In this document: piece by piece, positions 28,072-39,898 of the stretch
How positions within the stretch are numbered: the stretch's first letter is position 1
How the letters are laid out: each line of letters starts with the position of its first letter
Source: Octopus bimaculoides
Taxonomy: Eukaryota
Direction of reading: 5' to 3'
DNA length: 64,000 nt
Assembly (NCBI RefSeq): GCF_001194135.2
Contig: NC_069001.1
Coordinates: 1,284,301-1,348,300, forward strand
Position numbers and translations under genes: made by a program
The notes under the pieces: model-generated
The model's input: the letters and a program-made list of their open reading frames with translations, nothing else
What the model was told of the DNA's origin: nothing
Databases searched by the model: none

Positions 28072-28904
28072 GCATATACACATTGAAATAGACACCCATC
28101 TGTCTTCACCAAAATGTTGATGATGATGATGATGTTATATAATATGTGGCTGTCATGATGACATTTTATATCTTTTTGTTGTATTATTATTATTATTATT
28201 GTTGTTGTTGTTTCCCCCGTCTCCGCTCCCCTCATATCTCCCATCCCATTCCTAGTTCGCTGCAAAAGGTTTTTGTTTTGTTTTTTATAATATTCTTTTG
28301 TTTTTGTTTTTCGTTTTGGTTTTTCTATTATTCTTGTCTGTTTATTTCACATCGACATGTGGAAGAACAAAAAAAAAAAATGAATTTAAAAAAAAAAATT
28401 AAAACCATAACGAAACAGAGGTGGGCGACAGGGTGGATTGTCTTTTGGTAAAATTTTGTTGCTGCTGTTGTTGATGTGGCCTTTATTGCTGCTGCTGTTG
28501 TTATTGTTGTTGTGTGTGAAGAGTATGGTGGTGTGGGGAGGGGCTGGGTGGGTTCCTTGTGCCTCTTATCACTTGTTATCTTGAAGAATTCTCTCAGTTT
28601 CTCTTCAAGGAAAACGAACCCCCTTATAACAATGTCTTTGCTATTGTTTGGTTGCTAAAGAACTAAAAACGAACCAACCACCTCTCCTGCCAGCCGGTAG
28701 TCGTGTAATCGAGTCATCAAATGGCACTCTACTTGGTCTCTTGACCTGCAAAGAAATAGCAGCCAAAATCTCCTTCAAGTCATATGAGCACACACACACA
28801 CACACATACAAGTGCAAAACAAGGTGGAAAAAATAGTACTCGAATACCAAGGGTAGAGTAATATGCTTTTTATTAAAACTAAAATTATCACAGAACTGTT
28901 TATC

Positions 28905-29200
28905 AGTTTCTTGTAAAAATGCAGCCCGTTTGGCACCGTGCTGTGCTTGAGAAGAAGACCCATCAAGCCAAGTAATACTGCAGTTGTGGCAGATACCAGT
29001 GTCACACAAATGGCACCCATGCCACTGGCACGTAAAAGCACCCATTACACCCTCGGAGTTGTTGGCATTAGGAAGGGCATCCAGCTGTAAAAAAAACCTT
29101 GCCAAATCAGACTGGAGTCTGATGCAGCCTTCCAGCTTGCTAACCCCGTTCAAACCGTCCAACCCATGCCAGCATGGACACTGGACGTTAAATGATGATA
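28905..29200 (+). mobile_element. SINE-like family A copy, longer 5' part
   Basis: gtgcttgagaagaagacccatcaagccaag...ggcacgtaaaagcaccc...ggacgttaaatgatgat. Confidence 0.82.
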
Positions 29201-29224
29201 ATATATCTATATATATATATATTT

Positions 29225-29650
29225 TTTTTTTAAATTCTTTTATTTGTTTGTGTTTTGACTGTGGCCATGCTGGAGCACTGCCTTTAGTCGAGCAAATCAA
29301 TCTCAGGACTTATTCTTTGTAAGCCTAGTACTTATTCTCTCGGTCTCTGCCAAAGCACTAAGTTATGGGGACGTAAACACACCAGCATCAGTTGTCAAGC
29401 GATGGTGGGAGGGCATCCTGTGGTTTGATTCTGTTAATACAAACTCCCACCTAGTTTCTGTACAGTCAAACACACATACACACAAACATGGGCTCCAACA
29501 CAGTTTCCACCTACCAAATTTACCCACCCACATGATATTACTCAGCCCTGGGCTATAATGGAAGGCACTTGCCCAAGGTGCTATGCTGTGGGACTGAACC
29601 TGAAACCACATGACTGTGGGAAACAAACCCCTAAACCACACAGCCATGGC
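29225..29650 (-). mobile_element. tRNA-derived SINE family C copy (most complete)
   Basis: Minus-strand head with ggttcagtcccacagcatagcaccttgggcaagtgccttcc; tail ctccagcatggccacagtc. Partial copies at about 7890, 15530, 20760, 22520, 35280 and 41870. Confidence 0.8.
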
Positions 29651-30340
29651 AGGGCCTATGAGAGAGAGAGAGGAGGGGAGGTGGAGTACTTGGCAATCAA
29701 TTCTTCTTCTGCTGTTGAGGGAATTTGTTTTGTGCCAATGTCTAAATTTGCAGGTGCATCCTACCCCTGGCTGGTGTTAGAATGACTAAATACCAATAGA
29801 ACAAAAAACAAATGCAAAGACAGCAACAACAACAACAAAAACAACACAAATAGATTAAAACTATTACAACAGAAAATAATAGAAAATGTGTTGAGAATGC
29901 AAAAATGCAACAAGACGAAAATTTGTTCGTGTTAGCTGACATGAGATTGCATTGGTGCACTCTGGTGCAATTGTAGTCATATGTGAAGAGCAATTCAACT
30001 GCTTTCCCAACATGTCTGCTACACTTGTTGTTGTTGCTATGATTTTTGTTGTTCATATTTCATTTTTCCACCACCACCACCTCCTTCTCCTCCTCCCTCT
30101 CCCCTCCCACTCCTGTTTTTTTTTTATGTTATATTTTATCTCTGTTGAGGGGATGTGTGTTATGCTGTGTGTGTGTGTGTATGTGTGTATGTGTGTGTAT
30201 GTGTGTGTGTGTGATTTTTAAACTCTGTCCTCACCTGACTGTTGTCTCCAGTGTGGTGTTTGTGGAGGTGCCTGGTATGTGTGTGTGTGAGTGTATGTAT
30301 GATTGTGTGTGTGTGTGAGTGAGAGAGAGACTATGAACAT

Positions 30341-30390
<50 letters not shown>

Positions 30391-30781
30391 CTATGAGCGT
30401 GTGTGTGTGAGAGAGAGGGAGAGAGAATTATGACGGTATGTGTATGAATGTGTGTGTGTGTGTGTTTCTAGAAAGAAGACTTGTTAGATCAAATGAAAAT
30501 AACTTGTTAACTCTACATTGATTAGAACTTGTCTGTCTGTCTGTTTGTCTGTCCTCTTGTCTGTCCTCTTGTCTGTCTGTCTGTCTGTCTATAGATGACC
30601 TGAGTTGTTGGGAGGCGGTGGTGGGAAACACCTGGGCTTGCACTCTCCCCCTCCCCCATCATTTTTCTCCCCACTCCACCCCACTCCAGGGCTTGCACTC
30701 TCTCCTGCACTTTGTACACACATCCTTCCTTTCTCCCTCTCTGTCAAAATGCAAACAGATTTAATTAACACTCCACTTCTG

Positions 30782-30852
30782 TACTGGATGGCTCAGTGGT
30801 AAAGAGCTGGACTGTTGAATGAAAGATCACAAGTTCAAGCTTCACTGCTGGC
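30782..30852 (+). pseudogene. tRNA-derived relic (tRNA-Asn-like or SINE head)
   Basis: TGGCTCAGTGGTAAAGAGC (A box), CTGTTGA anticodon-loop-like, AGTTCAAGC (B box-like), followed by a T run; stems are broken. Confidence 0.35.
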
Positions 30853-33548
30853 AATTCGTTTTTTATTTTTTATTTTTTATCTGCCTTTTTTTGTTTTTAT
30901 TGATTGTTTTAATGTTAAAGTTCCATCATCTGAGATGTGTTTGTGTTTGCTTGTCTGACCAAATTTTTTCTTTTCAATTACATAAACCTACATGTGCACT
31001 TATCATCATCACCATCATCATTGTTTTGCCTGCTTTTCCCTGTGTGCATGGATTAGATGAAGGTAGGCTGGGGCAGGATTGTCTACAGCTGGATGCTCTT
31101 CCTGTTACCAACATCCATTTGTTTCCAAGCTTTGCCACTCCTCCTCCTCCTTCTCCTCGTTGATTAGGAGTAGGATGCAGGTTGAGGTTTACCTTGGTTT
31201 GTTAATTGTGTGTGTCCCGGAGTAGGAGGAATCGGTGTGATGGATACCCCAGGGTAGAAAGACTGGATAGCAACAGATGTGACCTTGGTGTGTATTAGGC
31301 ATCACACACACACACATGCATACATGGCTGTGTGGTTTTAGGTTCAATCTCACAATGCAGCATTTTGAGCAAAAATGTTGTGCTCTTGTAATCATTGAAT
31401 CAGTGGGACTGAACTTGAAACAATCTTCTTAACCACGCAGCCATGAGTCCACCTGGCTGTAAATAGGTACCATCATGAAGCATAACCCACTTCTACAATC
31501 AGCACCAGCAGTGGCCCCATTGCCGTTTGATGGCTCTCTACTAGTGTTGAAGTTGCTCTCAGAGGGGAAGAAATATCAGGGAGTCCTTGTTGGAGTGGGG
31601 AATGGAAAAGGCTTGAGGGGTCCCTCTCTGTCTCTCTGTTTCAATGCTTCAGAAGACTGGACCTAAGCATCAAAGCAGTTGGCTTCATGGATGAGAGAGT
31701 TTCATTAACCAGAAAGGATTAGCTTACCTGACAAGACTTGACGATGCAGCTGATACCTGGCAGTCGATTAGTTATGGTGGCTTAGTCTTTGTGTGTGAAA
31801 AAGACTATAAAACTATTTCAGATTAACAATGTGTAAGGGGGTGGGGAAGCAGTGGAGTGGATTCTTTTGTAGTGTGAAGTGGTGGTGGTGGTGGTGGCGG
31901 TGGTCATAGCAGTGGTCATGATAAGGATATTGGTGGTGGTGGTGGTTGTGGTGGTCAAGTGTAGAGAGATGTAAACTTAGGCTTGGAAAGGAAGAGAGAG
32001 AGAGAGAGAGAGAGAGAGTGTGTGTGTGTGTGTGTGTGTGTCAGGTGTTTGTAGTTTCAATAAATATGTTGGATAAAGATAAACATTTTATGGTTGTTTA
32101 ATCCCAAATGAAACCTGATTGAGCAAGTTAATAATTAAAACCATTCCAAGCATGACCACCCTGTCTGTTTCAATATACCAGGAATTATATTGTGCAATGT
32201 GCCCTTTTTATAAGGTGTGATTGGTTACTGTTTCTAGCAGGTTGGGCCACCACATAGAGGTCAGCTCACCTTTGCCTGTCATCCTGTGTAGTGTTATAGT
32301 TAATAAATGCTATATGTCTAGTGTGGTACAGTAAGGGTGTGTGGAGAGGGGTGAAAAGATGTTCTACTCATCATCACCATCATTCAGTGTCTGTATTCCC
32401 TATTGATATGGGTTGGAGAAGATCTGAAGAGTCGGAGGAATATGGTAAGTTTCAGTATCTGCTTTGGCATGGCTTTTCCGCTTTCATGCCCTTCGTAATG
32501 TCCACCACTTTACATCGTGGACTGGCTGCTATTTACGTGGCACCAGCACTAGTGAGGTTGCCATGTAACTTGTAAGACAAATGGAAATTCTTTCAACTGG
32601 GTGAGGGTGTCATACAGAGGGAAGTGGCTTGATGCCAGGTTTTGAGAGGCTGAAGTATGAGAGACAAGAACAGGTACCTGGCTATCTGACGAGGTACATG
32701 ACTATCCTGCATGATATAAAGATGTTTTAGCCAATCCTGTATGAATAGAAAGACATATACACCATGTCTATTTAAAAGTGTAAAATATTTTCATAGACAG
32801 AAAAAAATGGATGGATTAGTTTCAATCTTGTTTGGGATTGACAAGTTATTCTCTTCGGTTGCCTACAAAAACATTGCTCTAAACCCACTATTATTAATAA
32901 GGACTCCATTAGATTGAAGAATCTGATTTGCATAGCTTCTTATCACACAGCCATGCCTAGGCAGGTGTAAACTCCAAGCCTATATATTCAGTCTCTTTGT
33001 TGACAGCAAAATAGGAGTCAGCTGGATTGGTTTCAGTCCCGTGGTGGGATTTCATTAGCAACTCTGCTGTGAAAGCATGGCTTAGCATTGTAGGGTGTGA
33101 TGTACTTTTGTTGTAGTGTGGGGTGGGGTGGGGTGGCTGTGGTATGTCATAGTAGTAGCATTAGTTATTAAGAATATAAAATATTGTTTTAAAAACCATC
33201 ATCACCTGATTGAATGAGATTCCAGAGAACTCTCTGACTTGTCAAACAACTACTGTGTTTAGGAGAGAGAGAGAGAGAGATAGGTGTGGATGTGTGTGTG
33301 TGTGAAAGAGAGAGTTAGGTGTGAATGTGTACGAGTGTGTGGGGGGAGGGGGAGAGAGACAGAGAGCTAGGTATGAATGTGTTTGAGGAAAGTACTCCTA
33401 AGTTTGGATATATCTATGTGAACTCTTGTGTTGATGTGAATGTGAGTGAACTGTGTCTGTCTGTCTGTCCGTTTGTCTGTGTTTCTGTCTCTCTCAGATA
33501 GTGATTTATGTAGATGTGTGATTGTTGGAAGTATATAAGTTGTGTGTA

Positions 33549-33611
<63 letters not shown>

Positions 33612-34590
33612 CTAGCTTATTTACTCAATGAAATTAAGGTGGCATAAGAATTCAGGTACATACACACACGTGTGTATGTATGCATACATGTGTGTGTGTA
33701 ATTTTACACAGAGACACACGCACTCACGCTGAGTTACTTCCTCAGATACCAGCAGTAAAATATTCACAGAGTGACCGAGACAGCCATCCGGCCATCTGGC
33801 CAGCCTGACAAGCAGTCAACTGGACAAACGGATAGACAGCTACCACTGACTACAGTCTTGATATTTCTGTATAATTCTGCTCCAAACATCCATACTGGTT
33901 GACCATGTGATTCCTTACTAGCAGTGACCAACAGACTGTCCGATAATCTGTTGGTCAGTCCCTTCCTCTCTCTCCCACCCTCCTCTTCTACCACCCACTT
34001 CACTGTGCCCCCCCCCTCTCTCATTGGACACTAAAACTGCTGTTAAACCATTTCTACAGACATTTCTGTGAGTTTTTTTTTTCCGGTTTCTGTTTTGTTT
34101 TTTATTTTGTTCCTTGCTTTTCTTCTGCCTCCCTCTCCCCCCTTCCCCAGCCCCCCACCCTTGATTGTGAAGATTTTTTTCAGATTTTACTCCCAGCACC
34201 ACCCTTACTGCCTTCACTCCACCAAACGCGCTTGTTATGGAGTAATCTTTATGGAGGAAGTTAGTTTTGGTGCTTGCTCACACAATATAAAAACTTCTTT
34301 CACAAAAGGTTTAGGTCATTGTGTTTTTCCAAGATATTTGCTAAATAGTTTATTTTTTAAGAAAATCATTCTTCAAATACTATCACTGTATCAAGTACTT
34401 TTTCCCAAAACCTTACACACACACATACACACAGGTTTGGTGGATCTTAAAACACATGTATATATATAAACACTTTTTAATTAATATTTAGCTGAAACAA
34501 CAGTGACTCAAGGGCTAAGAGTTTCATGTTTGATAAGTGCTAATGCTTGAGACTATAGACCCATGAGTTAGTCATTAGTTTTTTGCTAAA

Positions 34591-34880
34591 TCTATAATTA
34601 TAAAACTGAGAATGTGTGTGTGTCTGTCTGTATGTATGTATGCATCACTAAAACTCGAGGACTACCCGACCAATTTCATTCAAATTTTACACATGCCTTA
34701 GGGGTCCATGTAGTGTCATGGGCCAAAAACAATTTTCAACTTTTTGTCTCCTGTGAGCCCAGAGCAATCTCTTATATCTTCCACTATTTCAGTATTACGT
34801 GTCAAAAGTGAAACAATGACATCTCTATTGTAATGTGAGACACTTTCAGTTTAATAGTTTCACTATTAATACTGAAACTA
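34591..34880 (+). mobile_element. Helitron/Helentron-like non-autonomous element, 5' part
   Basis: a|TCTATAATTATAAAACTGAG, then a (TG/TCTG) microsatellite, then ctacccgaccaatttcattcaaattttacac: the layout of DINE-1/Lep1-type 5' ends (recalled). No 3' hairpin-CTRR located. Confidence 0.5.
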
Positions 34881-35071
34881 TAATCTTCATGAAACTTTTA
34901 CTCAGTTTCACGTTCCTGTTGTGATGAATACACACGTGTGTATTCATCCATCATATAAAATATCTTGTATTTTATGTCACATAAAAATAAACCAGCCCTT
35001 ATTTGTCCCTTCCCTTGGCTATCGTGTTGGACAATGACCCTAATCTCTGTGTTCTCATTCTTCTTTTACAG

Positions 35072-35200
35072 CTTCAACTTCTATGAATGATCCTCAGTGT
35101 TCGCCGGACGTCAAAGTACGGTTTGATGAGCTGTGTCCAGTGTGTGGGGATAAAGTATCTGGCTACCATTATGGACTGTTGACCTGTGAGAGTTGCAAGG
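35072..35200 (+). CDS. ftz-f1: ftz-f1 coding exon 1 (zinc finger 1, P-box ESCKG); ATG at 35083
   Basis: Acceptor ttcttcttttacag ends at 35071; donor G|gtgagt at 35201; phase 1. Confidence 0.93.
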
Positions 35201-36120
35201 GTGAGTTTCCAGCTTCCACTTCTCAACACGAACCTTTCTTATCTTTCTTTTTATTAATTTTTTATTCTTGTTTCAGTCATTAGACTGTGGCCATGCTGGG
35301 GCACCACCTTGAAGACATTTTATTTAAATTAATTGCCTACAACTAACTTGTGCACAATATCAAGACATAGAATACACACACAAATGTGGCAGGCTTCTTT
35401 CAGTTTCCATCTTCCAAATCTACTCACAAAGCTCCAGTTGGCCTCAGGCTTTCTCTATATTGGCAAAAGCCAAGCATAGCAGTCCCTTGCTGGGGCCCTT
35501 CATCACTCCTAACACAACAGTTGCCATCACTACTACTACTACTACTACTACTACAACAAAGCATTAATTCTGCCACCACCACCACCACCACACTCACCAC
35601 TATCAATGCTACCATTGTCATCTTTGATATAATCATCACACACACCCTCTCCATCACACACACACACACACTCACCAGAGACACTCACAGACACACAAAC
35701 ACCACACAACACACACACACGCCCATACACTAATCTCTAAACTGCAACATTTCAAGCAAAAACAGTGACCGCACTAACCCTTTCTCTCTTTTTCCCTCTC
35801 ACACATTGTCTCTGTGTGTGTGTGTGTGTGTGTGTGTGTATAGCTAGTAGTTCTATGCCAATAACACGCACACACATGTAAGCACGCATACACACACACA
35901 CAGGTACGTGTGAACATACAGCAGCTTGAGAAAGCTATGGGCACTGTCCCTTCTCCCTTCTCCACTCAAACTAAGTAGGTACTAAAGAACTTTGTACAAA
36001 TATATTGATTGATTGATCTATTGATTGTGTTTCATGCACTCTTTTATGTGTGCCTGCACGCACACACACATCTCTGTGTGTGTAAGTGCGGATTTGCATC
36101 AGTGTGTGCCTGTGTCTGTG

Positions 36121-36174
<54 letters not shown>

Positions 36175-39100
36175 TATGCTTTGATCTTGTTTACATAATA
36201 TAAAGATAAAATGACATCAAACACCGGCTATTTTCTCTTTGCTCAGTAAATCTATGGTCAATGTGAAGTGAGAGAGAGAATTAGATGAAGAGAGAAGGGT
36301 AGAGAGAGAGAAAGAAAGAGCAATAAAGGATGGTGGCTGCGGTGACGGTGATAGTATTGGTGACAATGAATAGGATGGTGATGATGATGATAGTGATTAT
36401 GGTGCTGGTGGTAACAGCAATGAACTACACTCTCCTATGGTACCTCCTTACAACTAGCTCTGTCTCCCTGTGGCACCCACTTACAGCTAGATAGACTGTC
36501 ACTGAGGTACACTATTGTACCCACATATAGCAGTGAACTATACCACCCTGTGGCACTACTTAAAGCTACATGGACTGTCCCTCACTGTGGTACACTATAA
36601 TTACCTGTGCATAACTGTGAACTTTACCACCCTATCAACTACATGGACTGTCTCTCTGTAATACCTACATACAAGAGAGAACTGCCTATACAGTAGACCA
36701 ACACGTAGAACAGTCCATCTAGCTGTGTATATGGTATTGGTCACCCCAAGGATATAGACGACATGTTCTATATAATGCGACTGAACCTGGAACCACAGGG
36801 TTCAGAAACAAGCTTCATAACCACATAGCCATGCCACTCTCTCGTCATAATAGTGCTTACATTAAGTGTATGAAATTGGTTTGCAGTGCCCCTGCTGGTG
36901 CCCCGTGAAAACGCCCATGCCTGTGCCATGTTAAAAGCTCCCCTCAGTGCTACTCTGTAAAGTGGTTGGCATTAGGAAGGGCATCCGGCCATAGAAATCA
37001 TGCCAAAATGGATAAAATAGAGCCCAGGTAGCTTTCGAGTTGGCCAGCATAGAAAATCGACATTGAATGATGATGATGATGATGATGATGGTGATGGTGA
37101 TGATGATTTGAAAATATTAAGTTGAAATAAAAGTCTAACTTTATTAGAGTGAAATAGATTAAAATATTACTACAGTGTTTGAAACTTTTAATTTTACAAA
37201 ACATTTCACATTTTCCCTACCAACTTCATTTTGTGTCCTATTTTCTTTTGCACAAGCAGTCTAAATTTTTTTATAAATTATGCATTAAAATTTTTTTTTT
37301 CTAACCATGTATAATGTTCTAGTTTATTATATAAACTACCGCATTGATTTATAGCATGGATATCACTGTTGACTCCCACAGTTCAGAACAAATATTATAT
37401 TCGTTATGTAGTGCAGGGATCACCAGTGATATCCACGGTTGGCAAAATGTGAAATAAATTAATTTACAGTTAAACATTTATTATTTGTTTTTTTCACATT
37501 TAAAATGGCAGCAGGTTTACATTTATTTCGGTTAGCAGACTTTTCACTTAGAAGTTAAGCCTCTTTTTTTTTATTCATTCATAAATATTTTTTTCAACTT
37601 TAAAGATTGCATTTGTCTGGTGTATAGAAAGTGTGTGTAACAGACTTGCAGTTGTACCTCTTTGGAGTTTTTTTCTATCTTTATCTGCATCACGCCCCTC
37701 CTCTCTCCCCGACTCTACTCTGATGAAACTTGTGAGCAGCCTTGTATCTTCTCTCCTGTAAGAAACCTGTTCTGGTCCCTTTCATTACCTGGCAGAAAGC
37801 CAACTCCCTCTCCACTGTAGTCCCACTCGGTCAAAAAAGGATCTTAATCTTGCAAGTGCTGATCACACTTGTATTGGTACCACGAAAAAGGTACCCTGAG
37901 TATCGAGGCCCAGAAACAATGCTTCAGATTGCCTTGATGCATCTAACCTCTGCCGCCACATCAGATGGACATTAAAAGATGATGATGATGCTGATGATGG
38001 GTTTTTCCCAGCTTTAAAGATTCCATGTGCAGTAATTTTGGATGTAATATGTAAATGTGATAGACTTCTAATCATATCTCTTGGTTTAATGGAATTATCT
38101 TTCAATTTTTGAAGTCACCTGCAAACAATCTTTATTTTTTTTTTCCTTTCACATTTATCAGCTTTTAGAGTACAAACATTTAATCCTTTTAATGCCAGTC
38201 CAGCCAAGATCACCTCTTCTTCTCTTGTACAAGCTTCCTGCTTTAAACTGATCTAAGTGAAAAACTTCCATCCAAATTTCGTGTAAATTTACGTTCCAAA
38301 CAACAGCTTAATAATGATAAAGTTATTTTTTCTAAATTCTTTGTGATTTTAAAAATTAATTGAAAACGAATGTATATTTCAACAGAAATAATAGTAACAA
38401 AAGGGTTGAATTGGAATCTCCCATCAAAATTTTATATTAACTTACGTTGCAAACATTAGCTTAACAGTTTTTACCTTTTTTTCTGTGGAAATTCATTGCC
38501 TTTCAATTAATTTTTAAAACAACAAAGAATTTAGTAAAACATATTTCTTTGTCGTTATTTAACTGGTGTTTGGAACATAAATTGATCTGAAATTTTGATG
38601 GAATTTTTTAATTTGGATCACTTTAAAACAGGAAGCTTGCATCATAGAACCAGTAAGGATGGTCGTGGGTGGGGGGTGGGAGGTATCAGAAAGGTTAATA
38701 AGGACAAAGTTTTTTTCACTAATTTCTTCTTTCTCTTCAAAATCAATTGAAACAAAGGCTGTATATTTCAATAGAACTATGGTAACAAAAGAGTTAAATA
38801 CCAAACTGTCAGTTCTTTATCCACAACAGACTCTCTTCCACAGTCACGAAATTGTGACACAAGTTAACAACAACAACAGTAATAACAATAATAATAATAA
38901 TCCTTTCTACTATAGGCATAAGGCCTGAAATTTTGGGGAAGGGACCTAGCTGATCGCATTAACCCCAGTACTTGACTGGTACTTAATTTATTAACCCCGA
39001 AAGGATGAAAGGCAAAATCAACCTTGGTGGAGTTTGAACTCAGAACCTAAAGAGCTGAAAGAAATGCTGTGGCGCATTTTCTCTGATGCTCTAATGATTC

Positions 39101-39820
39101 TGCCAGCTTGCTGTTGTTCTTTCCTTCTTTTCCTGCATGCATCGTGAAGATGAAGGTATAATGAGCTTTGTTCAGAACCATTAAGTACCACCAAACTGCT
39201 ACAAGCTAAATGAGAGAGAGAGAGAGAGCCTCTATGTGGTTGCTCAAACTGCTAGAGATAGCAGCCAAACCTTCATCAAATTACTACTTTTTTTTTTGTC
39301 AAACAAGTCACATTAGATAATCTATACTCCTAGATATACACTGAACATAGAAGACAAGATGATTAGGGTTGTAATGCCTTTAATTATTGGCCTGCTCTAT
39401 CCAGACTGACCGGAGGCTAAATAACAACAACAATTGCTACCACCAAAAACGATTGGTGTAGGTTCTGGGTTCGATATTTGGTAGCGTCACCGTTTAGGTT
39501 TTGGGCCTCTTGACTGCTTGATACAAGATAGGATGAGTTCCACGGTAAACTGTTGTTGCAAGAAAGTTAAGAAAGTTCATTGACCTGATACATATATATA
39601 TAGATATGTACATGCACACGTATATATGTGTGGGCTTGTGTGTGTGTATGTAGACGCACACATATATATGCATACACACATGTGCTCACACACACACGCA
39701 TATACCTATATATATTTATATATATGTATATATACATATGCATGCATAAATGTATGTACATACACACATTATCTATATGTACACACATACATATTATCTA
39801 TATCTAAACACACACACATG

Positions 39821-39898
<78 letters not shown>

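Noticed and set aside
31475-31800. GC-balanced non-repetitive stretch with a 63-aa ORF
   Set aside because: No recognisable motif in any frame and no splice pattern; probably an old repeat fragment, but not classifiable by eye.
1330-33700. Frequent (CA)n-to-(TG)n polarity switches through CACGTG, CATG or TATA that create E-box-like palindromes
   Set aside because: Ubiquitous by-product of dinucleotide microsatellite evolution here, so individual E-boxes carry little information.
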